A stretch of DNA of 63,607 nt, filler included, from Pelomyxa schiedti (taxonomy: Eukaryota; Protista; Evosea): assembly GCA_020536535.1 (NCBI GenBank). It is 10 parts of 10 records of this genome, joined end to end, with 100 filler letters (N's around TTAATTAATTAA, not from the genome) between each part and the next. Parts side by side here need not be neighbours in the genome. Positions count along the whole stretch, not along the records: positions 35,566 to 46,283 come from JAHLWZ010000779.1; positions 46,384 to 47,497 come from JAHLWZ010002811.1; positions 47,598 to 50,199 come from JAHLWZ010001946.1; 7 more parts are not named here. One strand, given 5' to 3'. This document shows positions 35,466 through 48,767 of this stretch, piece after piece (within the stretch, counting starts at the first letter, position 1; each line of letters begins with the position of its first letter). The translations under genes were made by a program, and so were the position numbers. Under the pieces are notes generated by a model that did no database searches, was not told the DNA's origin, and saw nothing but the letters and a program-made list of their open reading frames with translations.

Positions 35466-37422
35466 NNNNNNNNNNNNNNNNNNNNNNNNNNNNNNNNNNN
35501 NNNNNNNNNTTAATTAATTAANNNNNNNNNNNNNNNNNNNNNNNNNNNNNNNNNNNNNNNNNNNNCCAGCAATGGGAAAAAGCAATGCGTCATGAGAATC
35601 TTCAAGTGTGAGCAATGAAGAAGAACCGGGAAGGACTGCCTGATAGTAAAATAATCAGAGCTCTGAATAAAGGTGACAGCTGGTAAGAAAGAAAGGCACT
35701 GTTGTTGGAGCAACAGCCAGGACAGCTGTTCACGAGAAAGGCACTGTTGTTGGAGCAACAGCCAGGAAGACTGGTAACAAAGTCAGTCTCCTGGGCCACC
35801 ACCGAAGATTGGTGGTGGTTTGCAATGCTGGTAACGAAGTGACACCCAATGACTGGTACAGTCAATCAGAGCAGTCCATAATGCAACTGGTAAGGACAGT
35901 TGCAAAAACCTAAAACTTCATTAGCTCACATACCCACTAATTAAGATAAAAGTACGAAAGAAAAGACTGTTACAAGGAACAGCATAGACCTAGCAACGAG
36001 CGTATAGTTTGTACTGTGACAATGTCACACCAAAACCGCGGGAATTACAGCATACACTGCAGCAACTGGTGAAATGAGTCATTACAGCAAGACAGAAGGA
36101 GAAACAACCTGGAATGCCATGGGACTCAGAAAAAGCCACCAGAGTAAGTTCAACAGTGTTCAATTCGATGGCAATATGGCTTGAGAGATGTGGCTGGGAA
36201 AGAATGAGTGAGAGTTGCACAAATACAATCAACTCACAAGGCACCGTAAGCATGACCAAATGCAAGGCCAGTATTCAAAGAAGTTTGCTGGACAAGGAAG
36301 TTGCCAAAATCCCAGCGATTTCAAATCAGACCTGCAGCTAGAAGTAAAAGGCAAGACCTAGAAGGGAAATATACTATCGGGCTCTCACTGTTAACATTAG
36401 CACTTGCTCTCTGCTGTAAGAAGAAAGTACAAATTCAGTGGATATTTTCAGCAGTGACATTTTCGGCACACTGCCACCATAGATTTCGAAATGGGATTAG
36501 TGTGGAACTTATGAGAGTCCAACATATAACATCGAGTGGGAGTTTAGACAAGTCTGGAGTACTAGATACACAACCTTGAAGCTTTTTGTTTCAAAATAGA
36601 TTCCAACAGTGTGACAGCGGGCCTAAGAGCTAATCAGTAGATCTCTTTTGTGGAGGAAGGAACCTTGCTTCGAGGAGACTATGCATACTAACACTCAGTA
36701 AGTATTCAGTCGCAGAGGTGATCTTCCTTCAGAAGTAGAGACCTGGCAACTGTTGGGTATTTCCATGGCAAAATGAGAACCAGCAAGCTTGCAGGGAAGA
36801 TTTCTCAGTCTCATATTGTTGTTTACCAAAGCAAGCTACAATTGCCTGGGGACAGGCAATACAAAGAGGGGGAGGTCCCAGCCCAAAGGAATAACACAAG
36901 AGCGATGTGAACCAACAAGTACTACACAATGTAAAACGCACAACAAGAGAGAGGAAACAACAACAGACAGCGCACTGAGGCACGGAGCAGAGAGTGCGCA
37001 ACGTAGCGGAACGCGACCCGATGTCTCACAACTCGTTGCCATGGTGATGACACACGCGGTCAAGACGCAAACACGCCGCCAAGACGACGAACCGTATCGC
37101 TTCAAATGCGACAACGCACACCATGAAGAAATTGTGGACTTGTGCGAGGAGTAACGCGTGTGGGGACACACGCTCGTTTGAGGGGGAATGATGGGAAAGT
37201 GATGACTTCCCCTCAGGGGTAGGACAACTTCTGGGAATTCAATGACACGCACACATTCACCACACCTCCACCAGATCAACTAAAATAAATAAACACTTTG
37301 TTTCCTCTCACTTCAGTACGAACACGTCCGTCACTCCCTGTCAGTACACCCACAGTGCTCGTGCTCACAGAGAGTTTGCTTGTGTATTCTACTGAATCAC
37401 CACAGCATCATGTGCCATTGAA

Positions 37423-40400
37423 TTACCAGAAGTTGTCCGACTCTGTGATTCTCTTTTTTGGGAAGTCATCACTTTCACAGTTGCCTTCCGGTATGCTGAG
37501 TCTGGTGTTAGCATCAACATCTCCAAGTTCAGCAGCCCTCTGGAACAGTGCCACTGCCTTGTGAGTGTCCTTGTCAACACCATCACCATTTTCATAACAC
37601 AAACCAAGGAGCCACATTGCAGTGGCATCACCAGCATCAGCAGCCCTCTGGTACAGTGTCACTGCCTTGTGAATATCCTTGTCAGCACCAGAGCCATTTT
37701 CATTTTCAACACAGACCAAGGTTGCACATTGCGTTGGTGTCACCAGCATCAGCAGCCCTCTGCCACAGTGACACTGCCTTGTGGATGTCCTTTTCAACAC
37801 CATCACCTTTGTTATAACACACACCAAGGTTGCACATTGCCATGGCATCACCAGCATCAGCGGCCCTCTGATAAAGTGACACAGCCTTGTGGATGTCCTT
37901 TTCAACACCCTCACCATTTTCATAACACACACCAAGGTTGCACATTGCCTCAGCATCACCAGCATCAGCAGCCCTCTGGAACAGTGTCACTGACTTGTGA
38001 CTGTCCTTTTCAACACCTGTGCCATATTCATAACACAGACCAAGGTTGCACATTGCGTTGGTGTCACAAGCATCAGCAGCCCTCTGATACAGTGACATTG
38101 CCTTGTGAATGTCCTTCTCAACACCGTAGCCATTTTCATAACACACACCAAGGTTGTTAATTGCATGGGCATCTCTGGCATCAGCAGCCCTCTGAAAAAG
38201 TGTCACTGCCTTGTGAAAGTCCCTATCAACGCCATCACCATTTTGATAACATACACCAAGGTTGCACGTGGCAGTGGCATCACCAGTGTCAGCAGCCCTC
38301 TGATAAAGTGTCACTGCCTTGTGAATGTCCTTGTCAACACCTTCACCATTGTAATAACACACACCAAGGTTGAACATTGCCGGGGTGTGACCAGCATCAG
38401 CAGCCCTCTGCAACAGTGTAACTGCCTTGTGAAGGTCCTTCTCAACACCATCACCATTGTAATAACACACACCAAGGTAGTACGTTGCCCTGGCATCACC
38501 AGCATCAGCAGCCATCTGGTACAGCATCGCTGCCCTGTGAATGTCCTTGTCAACACCACCAACACCACAAAGATAGCAGAGGCCCAGAGATGTGACAGAG
38601 GAAGCACACCAGTGAATCTTACCAACAGGACTGTGAGTGATCATGTTGTTCCGTTCACTCAGGTCAACAAAAATATGTACTGATTCTGATGAACTTTGGC
38701 CATTTTGCTGGTTCTCTGAGCAATACAACCTCCACAGGGCAACAAAGAACATGCACGACAACAGTTCTGAACTTATGGTGGGGGATGTAGAGATTCTGGG
38801 ATCAATGTTTCCTCGATGAGATGTTGCCACTGAGACAAGGTCATTCCATTCAGCAATAACTTCAATTTTGTTGTGGAGAGTCTGCTTCTCTGATGTCACG
38901 TTAGTTTCAGTCAATACACGTGTGCAATGTGCTCTCATTAATTCCCCTGGTCTGGCAGAGAGGGCACGAGAGAAAGCCAGAGACAGGCACGTTGGAATGT
39001 GCTGATGAAGTGACTTGTGGTCATTTATGACAAGACAGAGACAGACAAGGAACAACAGTCCAGGCAGGTATTCACAGTCCTGATGTGCTTCACCTGATTT
39101 GGGTTGTTGGGTTGGGATGAAAACAATAATGAATAAAGACATCAGCACACCGATACTGACCATCTCAGATTGAAACAGAGAGAAGGCATTGGCAACAAGA
39201 GCAAGGGCAGAGTCGATGTCTCCCACTTGCAGCTGCACAAGTGCTTCCATCATCATCTCATTTCGTGTGTAGATCACACTCATAAAAATGGAGACTGGTG
39301 TGGTGACTTGGGCACATGAACCTGATTGATGAATTCTTACTGCTGTGGAGCTCTTTTTCAAAAGCAACAAGGTCTTGTTGAAACTTTCAGCATCACATGA
39401 AATGTGCCCTGTCCAGAGTGCTGTCAACACCAATTCAGGGAGTGTGTTTCTGTGTTTCTTGTTGATGATGGCTCTTGTGAATTCCACGTCTGTTGGTGTG
39501 AATGATGCTGTCTTGCCTCTCAGTGATGCTTGAACTGCATAGGAATTAAAACGGTGAGTCATTTGCTGTTGGCAAGGAGAGAGATAATGCAAAAGCAACA
39601 AAGCAGGTGAAAAAAAGGGGTCAACATTCAGGGCTTTTTGGAGGGTGTCAACACAGTCTTCTGTGGAAGCACCACAAAGAATCTGACATGTTGCTTTGCT
39701 TGTCAGTGTTCCTGCAAATGGAGGAGTGTCAGTGAAAAAAAAAAAACCCGCATTTGGGCGTTGTGACAACCTGCGTCATTTGTCAGAGGAACAACACAAG
39801 AGTAAAACGAGAGGAGTTCAGAAGGGCTTGGTGGCTCAATGTTCAACAGAAGCTCGAATGCATCCAAAAGTGGCATTCTCTTGTCAGGGTCACATTGCAA
39901 CAATGAACGAACGAGGTCACAGAACTGCTTTGGGAACTGTGGTGGTTTCATGGGGAACAGCTCCTCACTCTCAAATGAGAAGGTGACCTCTCCACATGGG
40001 CCATAACCACAAGGGTATCCTGGAAGTGGGTGCTTTCCACACATGGCGAGTTCAAACAGGATGCACCCAAGTTCAAATGATGGTTGCTGTGTTTTGGTTC
40101 ATGAGTAACTTGATTTAAATCAAAAAAATAAATACCTTGTCACAGTACAGCGTTGATGACTGATCAGGGTTCTGGCTGTATTTTGCCATTCCATTGATGA
40201 TCTCAGGTGCTCTGTGACTCTGGTTTCCCGTTGCTGAAATGACAGACTCAGTCTTAGCCTCAAATTTCTTGCTTGTAGTGGCACACCCAAAATCAATCAG
40301 AATCACTTGCTCTTTATTCTGTGTAAAAAAAAGAAATAGTGGTTGAGCAAAAGAGATGAATGGATGGGGGGGAACAACACACACCGAAGAAACAAGGATG

Positions 40401-41204
40401 TTGTCCAGTTTGATGTCAAAGTGAACTGTTTCATTCACGAAAAGATGCACAAGAGCAGCACAGATATCCCTTGAATACTTGTGAACAATTGGCCATGGTG
40501 TGGTTGTGCAGGGGCCAAGGTTTGAGGCTCCACAGTTGTTGGTGATGTGTGTCAGGAAGTGTCCCAATGTCTCAGAGTGATGCTCGAGGACAACCCACAC
40601 ACACAGACCCATCATGTCTTGCACTTGGTCAAAGGCAAGTTCCTGAACCACGGGTGGGAGGTGGTTGTAATACTCCACAGGGATGCGGTCAACAAAGTGA
40701 CAGAAATACCGGTTGATGTTTGGGTGTGGCTCCAATGTTGAGGCAACAACGTACTCACTCTGAGAAATGAAACAAGGCAGATGAGATGAAGAGATACTTG
40801 AAAAGCATTCTGAATACTAGTTTTTGTGACACCATAATTGAAGAGAGCCTTGAGGACATAAGACTGGTCCCTGAACAACACAGGGTGCCCCTCCCCAATG
40901 CACTTCACCTCATAAACAATCCCTGATTCCATCAATCAACTTTTCACTTGTTTGTTGTGTGTTTGGGGAAAGTTTAACCACTGCAGCCGTGTGAGATGCA
41001 TCCCACAAGCCTGAAGTTTGTGGACACAATGACGCTCTCCCCCGACGAGTTTTGTACGTCGTTGAATGTAGCCAACCGCCCCAGCCCCGCAAAGAATGCG
41101 TCGCGGTCTCGGATTGCCCTCTGGAACTCGTCGTAACCAACAACAACTCCAGGGAGCGTCTGGGTAGGGAGGGTCGTCGTGGTGGTTGTGGGTGTGTTGC
41201 CCAT
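37423..41204 (-). CDS. Ser/Thr kinase (PINK1-like motifs) fused to Sel1-like repeats; premature stop/frameshift at about 37706
   Basis: MGNTPT start; YVLKALFNY, PHPNIN...FVDRIP, HFDIKLDN, DFGC, GNQSHRAPE, ELGCILFEL, DPDKR; about 9 36-aa NLGVCYxNGxGVEKDxHKAVxLYQRAADAG repeats. Confidence 0.85.
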
Positions 41205-41308
41205 CACAAGAAAGTGATTATTAATAAAAACTGTTTCGTCGAACGGAAGGCGTGAGTGATGATGTTTGGAGGAGGCTCACATCATCTCTTTGTTCAAAGC
41301 AATGGCTC

Positions 41309-42546
41309 CATAACTGGCGCACGGTGGCGCACTTTGAACCACAGGAAAATTGCTCTGTAAAACACAAAGTACGCCGACCATTTTTTGGGTCGCACTTTGT
41401 GTTTTTTTTTTCCGAGAAATCGAAACCCAAAGTGCGCCGATTTTCGCACATCTGCGCCAGTGTACCACTGGCGCACTTCGGGTCACGTGAAAAGTCCTCT
41501 TCCAAAACACAAAGTGCGCCGCGGCGCACTTGTCGACAAGTAATTTGGTGATTTGTGCCGATGAAAAGGGTCATCGTTATTGGCCCCCCAGCAACCGTTT
41601 GGCACAAAAACCACCAGACTGGAGACCCCTTTGCACAACACACGCAACCACACCACTCACTGCGCGGTGTGACCACACAGCAGCAAGAACCACATCGATT
41701 TTTTTTTGGATACAAATCAATTTTTTGATGGGTCTTGTTCTCGGTCTGGTGTTGGTTCCCACTGTTGGCAGTGGTGTCATTGTACGCCCCATAACAATGG
41801 GTACATATTCCCGTTGTCGGTGTGTTGTTCGGTTGCTGTGGGAGGGAGAACCAGCCCTCTTCCCAAATTCGGCTCAGTTCACCTTCACAGAAAACAAATC
41901 TACTCTTGTTGGCTTCGTTCTCCCTCTGGTGTTGGTTCCCATTGTTGCCAGTAGTACGGCTCTGTACCTCATGACAAGAGGTACATAGTTCCGGTGTTTT
42001 TGCGGTGTTTGGTTGATATTGTATGGAGAACCAGCCTTAGAAATGTTCCTGCAATTCACGGATCTGCCTGTTGATCTCTCCATTCGTTCTCCTGGTTCCA
42101 ACTGTTGCTTATTGTGCGGTTCTGTACCCATAACAAGGGGGACATAGCACCGTTGTTGTTGCGTTGTTTGGTTGCAGTAGGATCGAGATTTTCAGACAGC
42201 TTCAGGGAATCTCGGCTTGATGACTGAGTGCTAAGTTGGACTATTTATGGCCATTCAGGAACCAGCGAGTTCAGTCTAACAGACTCCAGTGAATTGACCC
42301 TTTGTGTACTCCACAAAGTACACGAACTTGGATTGGAGACTTAGGACTGTGCGGAATCTTATATTGACCAAATACAAACAAGGATGTTGTCTTTGTGTGT
42401 GTTCGTTATCTCAGGCAGTCCTAAGTTTGGGGGTCGATTCTGTTCTAAGGTCAAGATCAGTGCCCTGCACAGCTGCACGAATACAGCAATTAGGAAGGTG
42501 GCACACAGTTTAACATGTTTGATTACATACACACTTGAGAATTGAT
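41309..42546. mobile_element. Second, right-truncated copy of the CATAACTGG TIR element
   Basis: Highly similar to 1531-2730. ATGGCTC lies on both sides (41302-41308 and 42545-42551), consistent with a target-site duplication remnant. Confidence 0.8.
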
Positions 42547-42608
42547 GGCTCACTATCTACATCGATGAAATTAAGAATCATGTTTCAATCAGCCAAATAC
42601 AATAGCTC

Positions 42609-43430
42609 TTAGATTTTCAACAGGAAATTTCTGAGTTGGGCAAGGGAATTTGCATGACCGAAGTCAGCAGCCCTCAGCCACAATCTATGTGCCTGGTGTA
42701 AGTCCTTGGCCAAGCCATCCACACCTTCACTGTGACGACGTGCGAGATTGTACAGTGCATTGGGGCTACCACCATCAGCAGCCCTCTTGTACAGGGTCAC
42801 TGCCTTATTGATGTCCTTTTCAACACCATCACCATTTTCATAACACACACCCACGTTGCACATTGCGTCTGCATCACCAGATTCAGAGGCCCTCTGCCAT
42901 AGTGTCAGCGCTTTGTGTATGTCCTTCTCAACGCCATTGCCACTGTAATAACACAGACCAAGGTTGCACATCGCGTCAGCACCACCAGCATCAGCAGCCC
43001 TCTGGAACAGTGTCACTGCCTNNNNNNNNNNNNNNNNNNNNNNNNNNNNNNNNNNNNNNNNNNNNNNNNNNNNNNNNNNNNNNNNNNNNNNNNNNNNNNN
43101 NNNNNNNNNNNNNNNNNNNNNACGTGGTCGTTGATGACACGACGGAGACAATAAAGGAACAGCAGTCCAGGCAGGTATTCACGCTGGCTAGTACACGATA
43201 CCCCTTGATTTGTGATGGTTGGCCCAAAACAAATGAAGAAAGGCACTTTCACCACAGACACAACACACACCAGGAGGATTGGCGCTGATCATCTCGGAAT
43301 CGAACAGGGAGGACGCGTTGGCAACAAGTGCGAGGGCAGAGTCAATGTTTCCCACTTGCAATTGCAAAAGTGCCTCCATCATCATCTCGTTTCTTGTGTT
43401 GTTGATCGCGCCGGGAACGAACGCCATCGT
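42609..43430 (-). CDS. Sel1-like repeat protein, partial copy spanning an assembly gap
   Basis: AVTLFQRAADAGGADAMCNLGLCYYSGNGVEKD...; near-identical to the end of 43766-45055. Confidence 0.7.
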
Positions 43431-43765
43431 GCTGGTTTGATCTTGAGAAACTCGCTTTTACACGAAAATGATCATTGATGATGACAGAAAGCGTTTGCGG
43501 GCATGATGATGAGCAGACTCTCGGCAGAATAGTTTTTGTCTTCAATACACCTGTCCCTTCATGAGCACATTCCACAGTGCCTGTTGTTGGTATCAGTCCT
43601 TGTGTTGTGGCCATTTGATTCGGAAAATGAAGAAATTCATTTACTTTTGATGAAGCGCAGTGATGGAAGGGGAGCAAAACACGGCCCCTGTACGTGAAGT
43701 GGTTGTCAAGAAAACCGGTGTGAAATTAAGAAATCTATGTTTCAATCAGCCAAATCCAATAGCTA

Positions 43766-45200
43766 TTAGCTTGTCAACAGGAGATTTTTGAGTTGGGCAA
43801 TGGAATTTGCATGACCGAAGTCAGCAGCCCTCAGCCACAATCTATGTGCCTGGTGTAAGTCCTTGGCCAAGCCATCCACACCTTCACTGTGACGGCGTGC
43901 GAGATTGTACAGTGCATTGGAGCTACCACCATCAGCAGCCCTCTGATACAGTGACACTGCCTTGTTGATGTCCTTTTCAACACCATCACCATTTTGATAA
44001 CACACACCCACGTTGCACATTGCGTCTGCATCACCAGCATCAGCAGCCCTCTGCCACAGTGTCAGCGCTTTGTGTATGTCCTTCTCAACGCCATTGCCAC
44101 TGTAATAACACAGACCAAGGTTGCACATCGCGTCAGCACCACCAGCATCAGCAGCCCTCTGGAACAGTGTCACTGCCTTGTGAACATCCTTTTCAACGCC
44201 ATCGCCATTGTGATGACACAGACCAAGGTTGAACATTGCCCTGGTATTACCCCCATAAACGGCCCTTTGGTACATCACCACTGCCTTGTGAATGTCCTGC
44301 TCAACACCAACACCATTGTCGTAACACACACCAAGGTGGCACATGGCAGTGGCATCACCAGCATCAGCAGCCCTCTGCCACAGTGTCACTGACTTGTGCA
44401 CATCCTTTTTGACACCACCAACACCGTACTTGTAGCAAACACCCAGGTACGTGGCAGAGGAGGGACACCAGTTAATTTGATCCACAGAACAAGCGGCTAA
44501 GATTACGGGATTGCTGCTGTGTTCATCACTTGATGATCCTGGTGCCAGCATAAACTTTCCGCTCATCTCGCCAAAGATTTGTGCTGATGATGAACCTTGA
44601 ACGTGTTGCTGGTTGTTGTCTGAACGGCAGTGCAACCTCCACAAAGCTACAAAGTACATGCAAGACCATGACTGTTCTGATGACGGTGATGAACTTCGTG
44701 TTGTTGTGGGTGATGTTGATGGTTGTTGCTGATGGTCGACGCCGCCTCTCATTGCTGCTGCTGACACAAGTTCAGCCCATTCTGAGGTTTGGCTGGTGTC
44801 ACTCAACACACGCATGCAATGTGCTCTAATTTCCTCTGGTGTGGAGGAGAGGGCAAGAGAGAAAACCCGAGACAGGCACGTGGGAATGCGCTGATGAAGT
44901 GACACGTGATCGTTGATGACAAGACGGAGGCAATAAAGGAACAACAGTCCAGGCAGGTACTGGTCACATTGCTTACGACATGGCTCCCCTGATTTGCAGT
45001 TGGTTGGATGAAAACAAGGGTACATCCACCACACACACACACACACACACACCACAACGATTTATGCTGTAGTTCATCTCGGAGTCGAACCCGGAGAATG
45101 CGTTGGCAACAAGTGCGATCGCAACGTCGATGTTTCCCACTTGCAACTCAAAAAGTGCATCCATCATCATCTCGTTTCTTGTGTTGTTGATCGCACCGAT
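43766..45200 (-). CDS. Sel1-like repeat protein (about 6 repeats) with N-terminal helical region shared with the kinase-Sel1 gene
   Basis: ORF 43766-45055 plus upstream exon NTRNEMMMDALFELQVGNID; shared YLPGLLFL motif. Confidence 0.8.
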
Positions 45201-45441
45201 ATCGCATGCCATTCCTCTTGTTCTTCGTTTGAGCTTTTCTGTAAGAACAAGGACAAAATACGTGATCGTAAAGTTCAGAAGGGAGGGCCTTGTGTCGTTC
45301 TGAACGTCGTGTTGTTTGTCGATAAAGGAGGGAGAAAACAGGTGTGTAGTATCGATAACGGTAGCTACCGTCGACGGTATTTGTTTGGGTGCCAGAACCC
45401 CAGTTATAACACCCCTCAGCCCTGAGCCCACGTGATGACTG

Positions 45442-46283
45442 TTGACTGTTTTAGGGGAAGTCCATTGGGGAGGCAAGTTCTTCATGCTGGGTCTCTGCAT
45501 CAACATCACCAAGTTCTTCAGCAGCCCTCTGGAACAGTGTAAGTGCCTTGTTGATGTCCTTGTCAACACCATCACCATTTTCGTAACACACTGCAAGGTT
45601 GTGCATTGCCATGGCGTCACCAGCATCAGCAGCCCTCTTGTACANNNNNNNNNNNNNNNNNNNNNNNNNNNNNNNNNNNNNNNNNNNNNNNNNNNNNNNN
45701 NNNNNNNNNNNNNNNNNNNNNNNNNNNNNNNNNNNNNNNNNNNNCACAAAGCTACAAAGTACATGCAAGACCATGACTGTTCTGATGACGGTGATGAACT
45801 TCGTGTTGTTGTGGGTGATGTTGATGGTTGTTGCTGATGGTCGACGCCGCCTCTCATTGCTGCTGTTGACACAAGTTCAGCCCATTCTGAGGTTTGGCTG
45901 GTGTCACTCAACACCCGCATGCAATGTGCTCTAATTTCCTCTGGTGTGGAGGAGAGGGCAAGAGAGAAAACCCGAGACAGGCACGCGGGAATGCGCTGAT
46001 GAAGTGACACGTGATCGTTGATGACAAGACGGAGACAATAAAGGAACAACAGTCCAGGCAGGTACTGGTCACATTGCTTACGACATGGCTCCCCTGATTT
46101 GCAGTTGGTTGGATGAAAACAAGGGTACATCCACCACACACACACACACACCACAACGATTGATGCTGTAGTTCATCTCGGAGTCGAACCCGGAGAATGC
46201 GTTGGCAACAAGTGCGATCGCAACGTCGATGTTTCCCACTTGCAACTCAAAAAGTGCATCCATCATCATCTCGTTTCTTGTGT
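45442..46283 (-). CDS. Sel1-like repeat protein, further partial tandem copy
   Basis: 45745-46283 nearly duplicates about 44640-45185; a Sel1 repeat lies beyond the gap. Confidence 0.65.
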
Positions 46284-46739
46284 NNNNNNNNNNNNNNNNN
46301 NNNNNNNNNNNNNNNNNNNNNNNNNNNTTAATTAATTAANNNNNNNNNNNNNNNNNNNNNNNNNNNNNNNNNNNNNNNNNNNNGGGTGTGGGCCAAGGGT
46401 GTGCCAGCCAGAGTGCAAGTGGATTGATGCCAGGATGCAGTGGAGCTGTGTGGGGTACATGGGGGAGGCGTCTGTGGTGGACAGTGTGACTGGGAGGAAG
46501 GTGGACGATCTGTTGGTGGTGCTTGAATCACAAGGAATGAGTCTAGAATGGTGATTGTTGACTTGGGGCCAGTGGGAACAGTGTGGATTGCTCGTCTGTG
46601 GTGAACAGAATATTTGCAAAAATTGGAAGTGTGGAGCTTCAAGGATTTGACAACCCCACACTGTGTGCTGGAAATACCAAGAGGGGCTGTGGTGACAAGC
46701 GCAGGTGATTTCCTTGCCATCGCAACTTCATCACCAAGT

Positions 46740-46810
46740 CATAACTGGTTCACGCTGGCGCACTTTGTGTTTCATTGTCTCAAAGTGCCCCCAACGTTTT
46801 TCGTGTTGTA
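46740..46810 (-). mobile_element. Internally deleted right end of the CATAACTGG element
   Basis: Reverse complement matches about 4305-4354 joined to about 4119-4144. Confidence 0.75.
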
Positions 46811-47140
46811 GGCCAGACCGCTGAGGTTCAAGTCCTTTGCGGTGTTGAATGAGCTTATCCTGTGGTACTGTATGTGCTTTCCCTTTCCAGGGAAGTAGTA
46901 GCTCTTGACACTCAACGCACGAGCACCGACCACGCAGTAGCCGTCCTCGTACATCGCCCCACCGCCGTCGCCGCCGCCACTCGGCGCCATCATCAACTTC
47001 GTCTCGCTCCCGTCATTCGATTTCGTCGACGCTGACGGGTGTTTGGCATCATCATCATCATCGCTACCGCCGTCGTCATCACTTGAAGGAGGGTGTTCAG
47101 ACATGGCCTCCTCGTATGTTGGTGGTGGTGCCGTTGACAT
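46811..47140 (-). pseudogene. 5' part of a hypothetical gene running into the transposon end
   Basis: MSTAPPPTYEEA...YEDGYCVVGARALSVKSYYFP...DLNLSGLA, then element-derived YNTKNVGGTLRQ*. Confidence 0.55.
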
Positions 47141-47597
47141 TTAAATTTCAGCAACAGGTAGCGATACCAGGCATCAGATAATCGATCGGAGGAGGGGCTA
47201 TCAGACTGAGGTGCCTTGAAGAGCTACTTCCTAACTGGTGGACGGAGAACCTAAGTATGAGCAGAAAAAGATGTTTCTTCCGGGGAACACTCCGTTGATT
47301 CTGCATAAAAGAGGTACCAGACGGGCAGATTCCTGAGTGAACCTGATGTACCTCGCTTCTGCGAAGGCATCTTTTGGAGTCTCCTGGTTGGTTCTTCTAT
47401 CGGATATTAATCTGTGTAATCATCAGCAATGACTGCCACGAGTAGTACCACCGAACCATCCAAGGAACTGGAATTATGTGTGGACACTGATGTGTTGNNN
47501 NNNNNNNNNNNNNNNNNNNNNNNNNNNNNNNNNNNNNNNNNTTAATTAATTAANNNNNNNNNNNNNNNNNNNNNNNNNNNNNNNNNNNNNNNNNNNN

Positions 47598-48461
47598 TCG
47601 GCTTCGTCGCACTCGTATTCCTCGTCCACCTCGTCATCCTCCATGTCGCTCTCATCGTCCGTGTCCAGTTCCCAATCGACTTCTTCCTCCAGCACCAGCA
47701 GCACATCCGAATCCGCGTCGCTGTCCAGCTCAGTGTTGGGATCCTCCTCGTACGGCGGACCAGTGTCCGAGCACTCGTTCTCCACTGTGTTATCAAACCC
47801 CGAGTCATCACACTCGGAATCACTCTCGTCTTCATCAGAATCGTCACACTCAGAGTCATCACACTCCAAGTCTGACTCGGTGTCCTCGTCACAGTCCGAG
47901 TCGGAATCGTCACACTCCACCTCGCCGTCCTCATCCACGTCAGTGTCCGAGTCCAGCACCACAGTCCAGTCGCAATCACACTCTCACTCACCATCAGAAT
48001 CACGGTCGACATCCACCACCACAACCTCCGATTCAACATCCACATCCACATCCACATCCACGTCCACTCCAGGTCCCACAAGCACTTCACAATCATCCAA
48101 CGCGGACCTGAGTTCGTCGTTGTCATCCTCACGCTCCACATCCTCCTCGACATCCACGTCAACCTCAAGATCCAGGTCCACATCCGAGTCAGAGTCTGAC
48201 TCTGAATCAGAGTCGGAGTCAGCACCAAAATCCTCCTCCTCCACATCGTCATCATCGTCAACTGAGGTGTCCACATCTACTTCGTCATCATCGACGGGGA
48301 AACACAACACACCAGCGTGGGCAGCCGTCGTGATTGCCTTTGGGGCGCTTGGCTGTGCCGTGTCTGGTCTCGCTGCTGCATTTGTTGTTTTCCGGTGGTG
48401 CCAAGCAAAGAAGATGTCTCAGACATTCTCTGATGACATGGAACTCAACGAACTCGAGTGA
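47598..48461 (+). CDS. C-terminus of a surface protein: Ser/Thr-rich stalk, TM helix, short tail
   Basis: About 230 aa S/T/E-rich, then WAAVVIAFGALGCAVSGLAAAFVVFRW. Confidence 0.8.
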   Translation, partial: SASSHSYSSSTSSSSMSLSSSVSSSQSTSSSSTSSTSESASLSSSVLGSSSYGGPVSEHSFSTVLSNPESSHSESLSSSSESSHSESSHSKSDSVSSSQSESESSHSTSPSSSTSVSESSTTVQSQSHSHSPSESRSTSTTTTSDSTSTSTSTSTSTPGPTSTSQSSNADLSSSLSSSRSTSSSTSTSTSRSRSTSESESDSESESESAPKSSSSTSSSSSTEVSTSTSSSSTGKHNTPAWAAVVIAFGALGCAVSGLAAAFVVFRWCQAKKMSQTFSDDMELNELE

Positions 48462-48767
48462 GTGTGCCGTGTGGGTCCACCATGTGGGGCATGGAAAAAA
48501 GACAGAGGGCAGATTTGGCACCAAAGGTTATTTATACATATTTCACAAGAGAAAAAAACCGGTTTCGCGTTAGTCCAAGGCGTTCTTCCCTGTGCACAAC
48601 TAGATCCAGTGGGGCGATGAGAACCAAGTTGTTTCGTTGTGATTGTTGACTTCTCGAACCTGCCTTTCCGGGCATGCGCCAGAAAATACCCAGAATTTGT
48701 TTCCTGCATGTTTCTTGTATACAAGCACATTCTCTGCGTGTGATTTTGCCTTTAAAAAGAGCCAACA

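Noticed and set aside
35566-37300. Short ORFs and a ~40-bp duplication
   Set aside because: No motif I can support.
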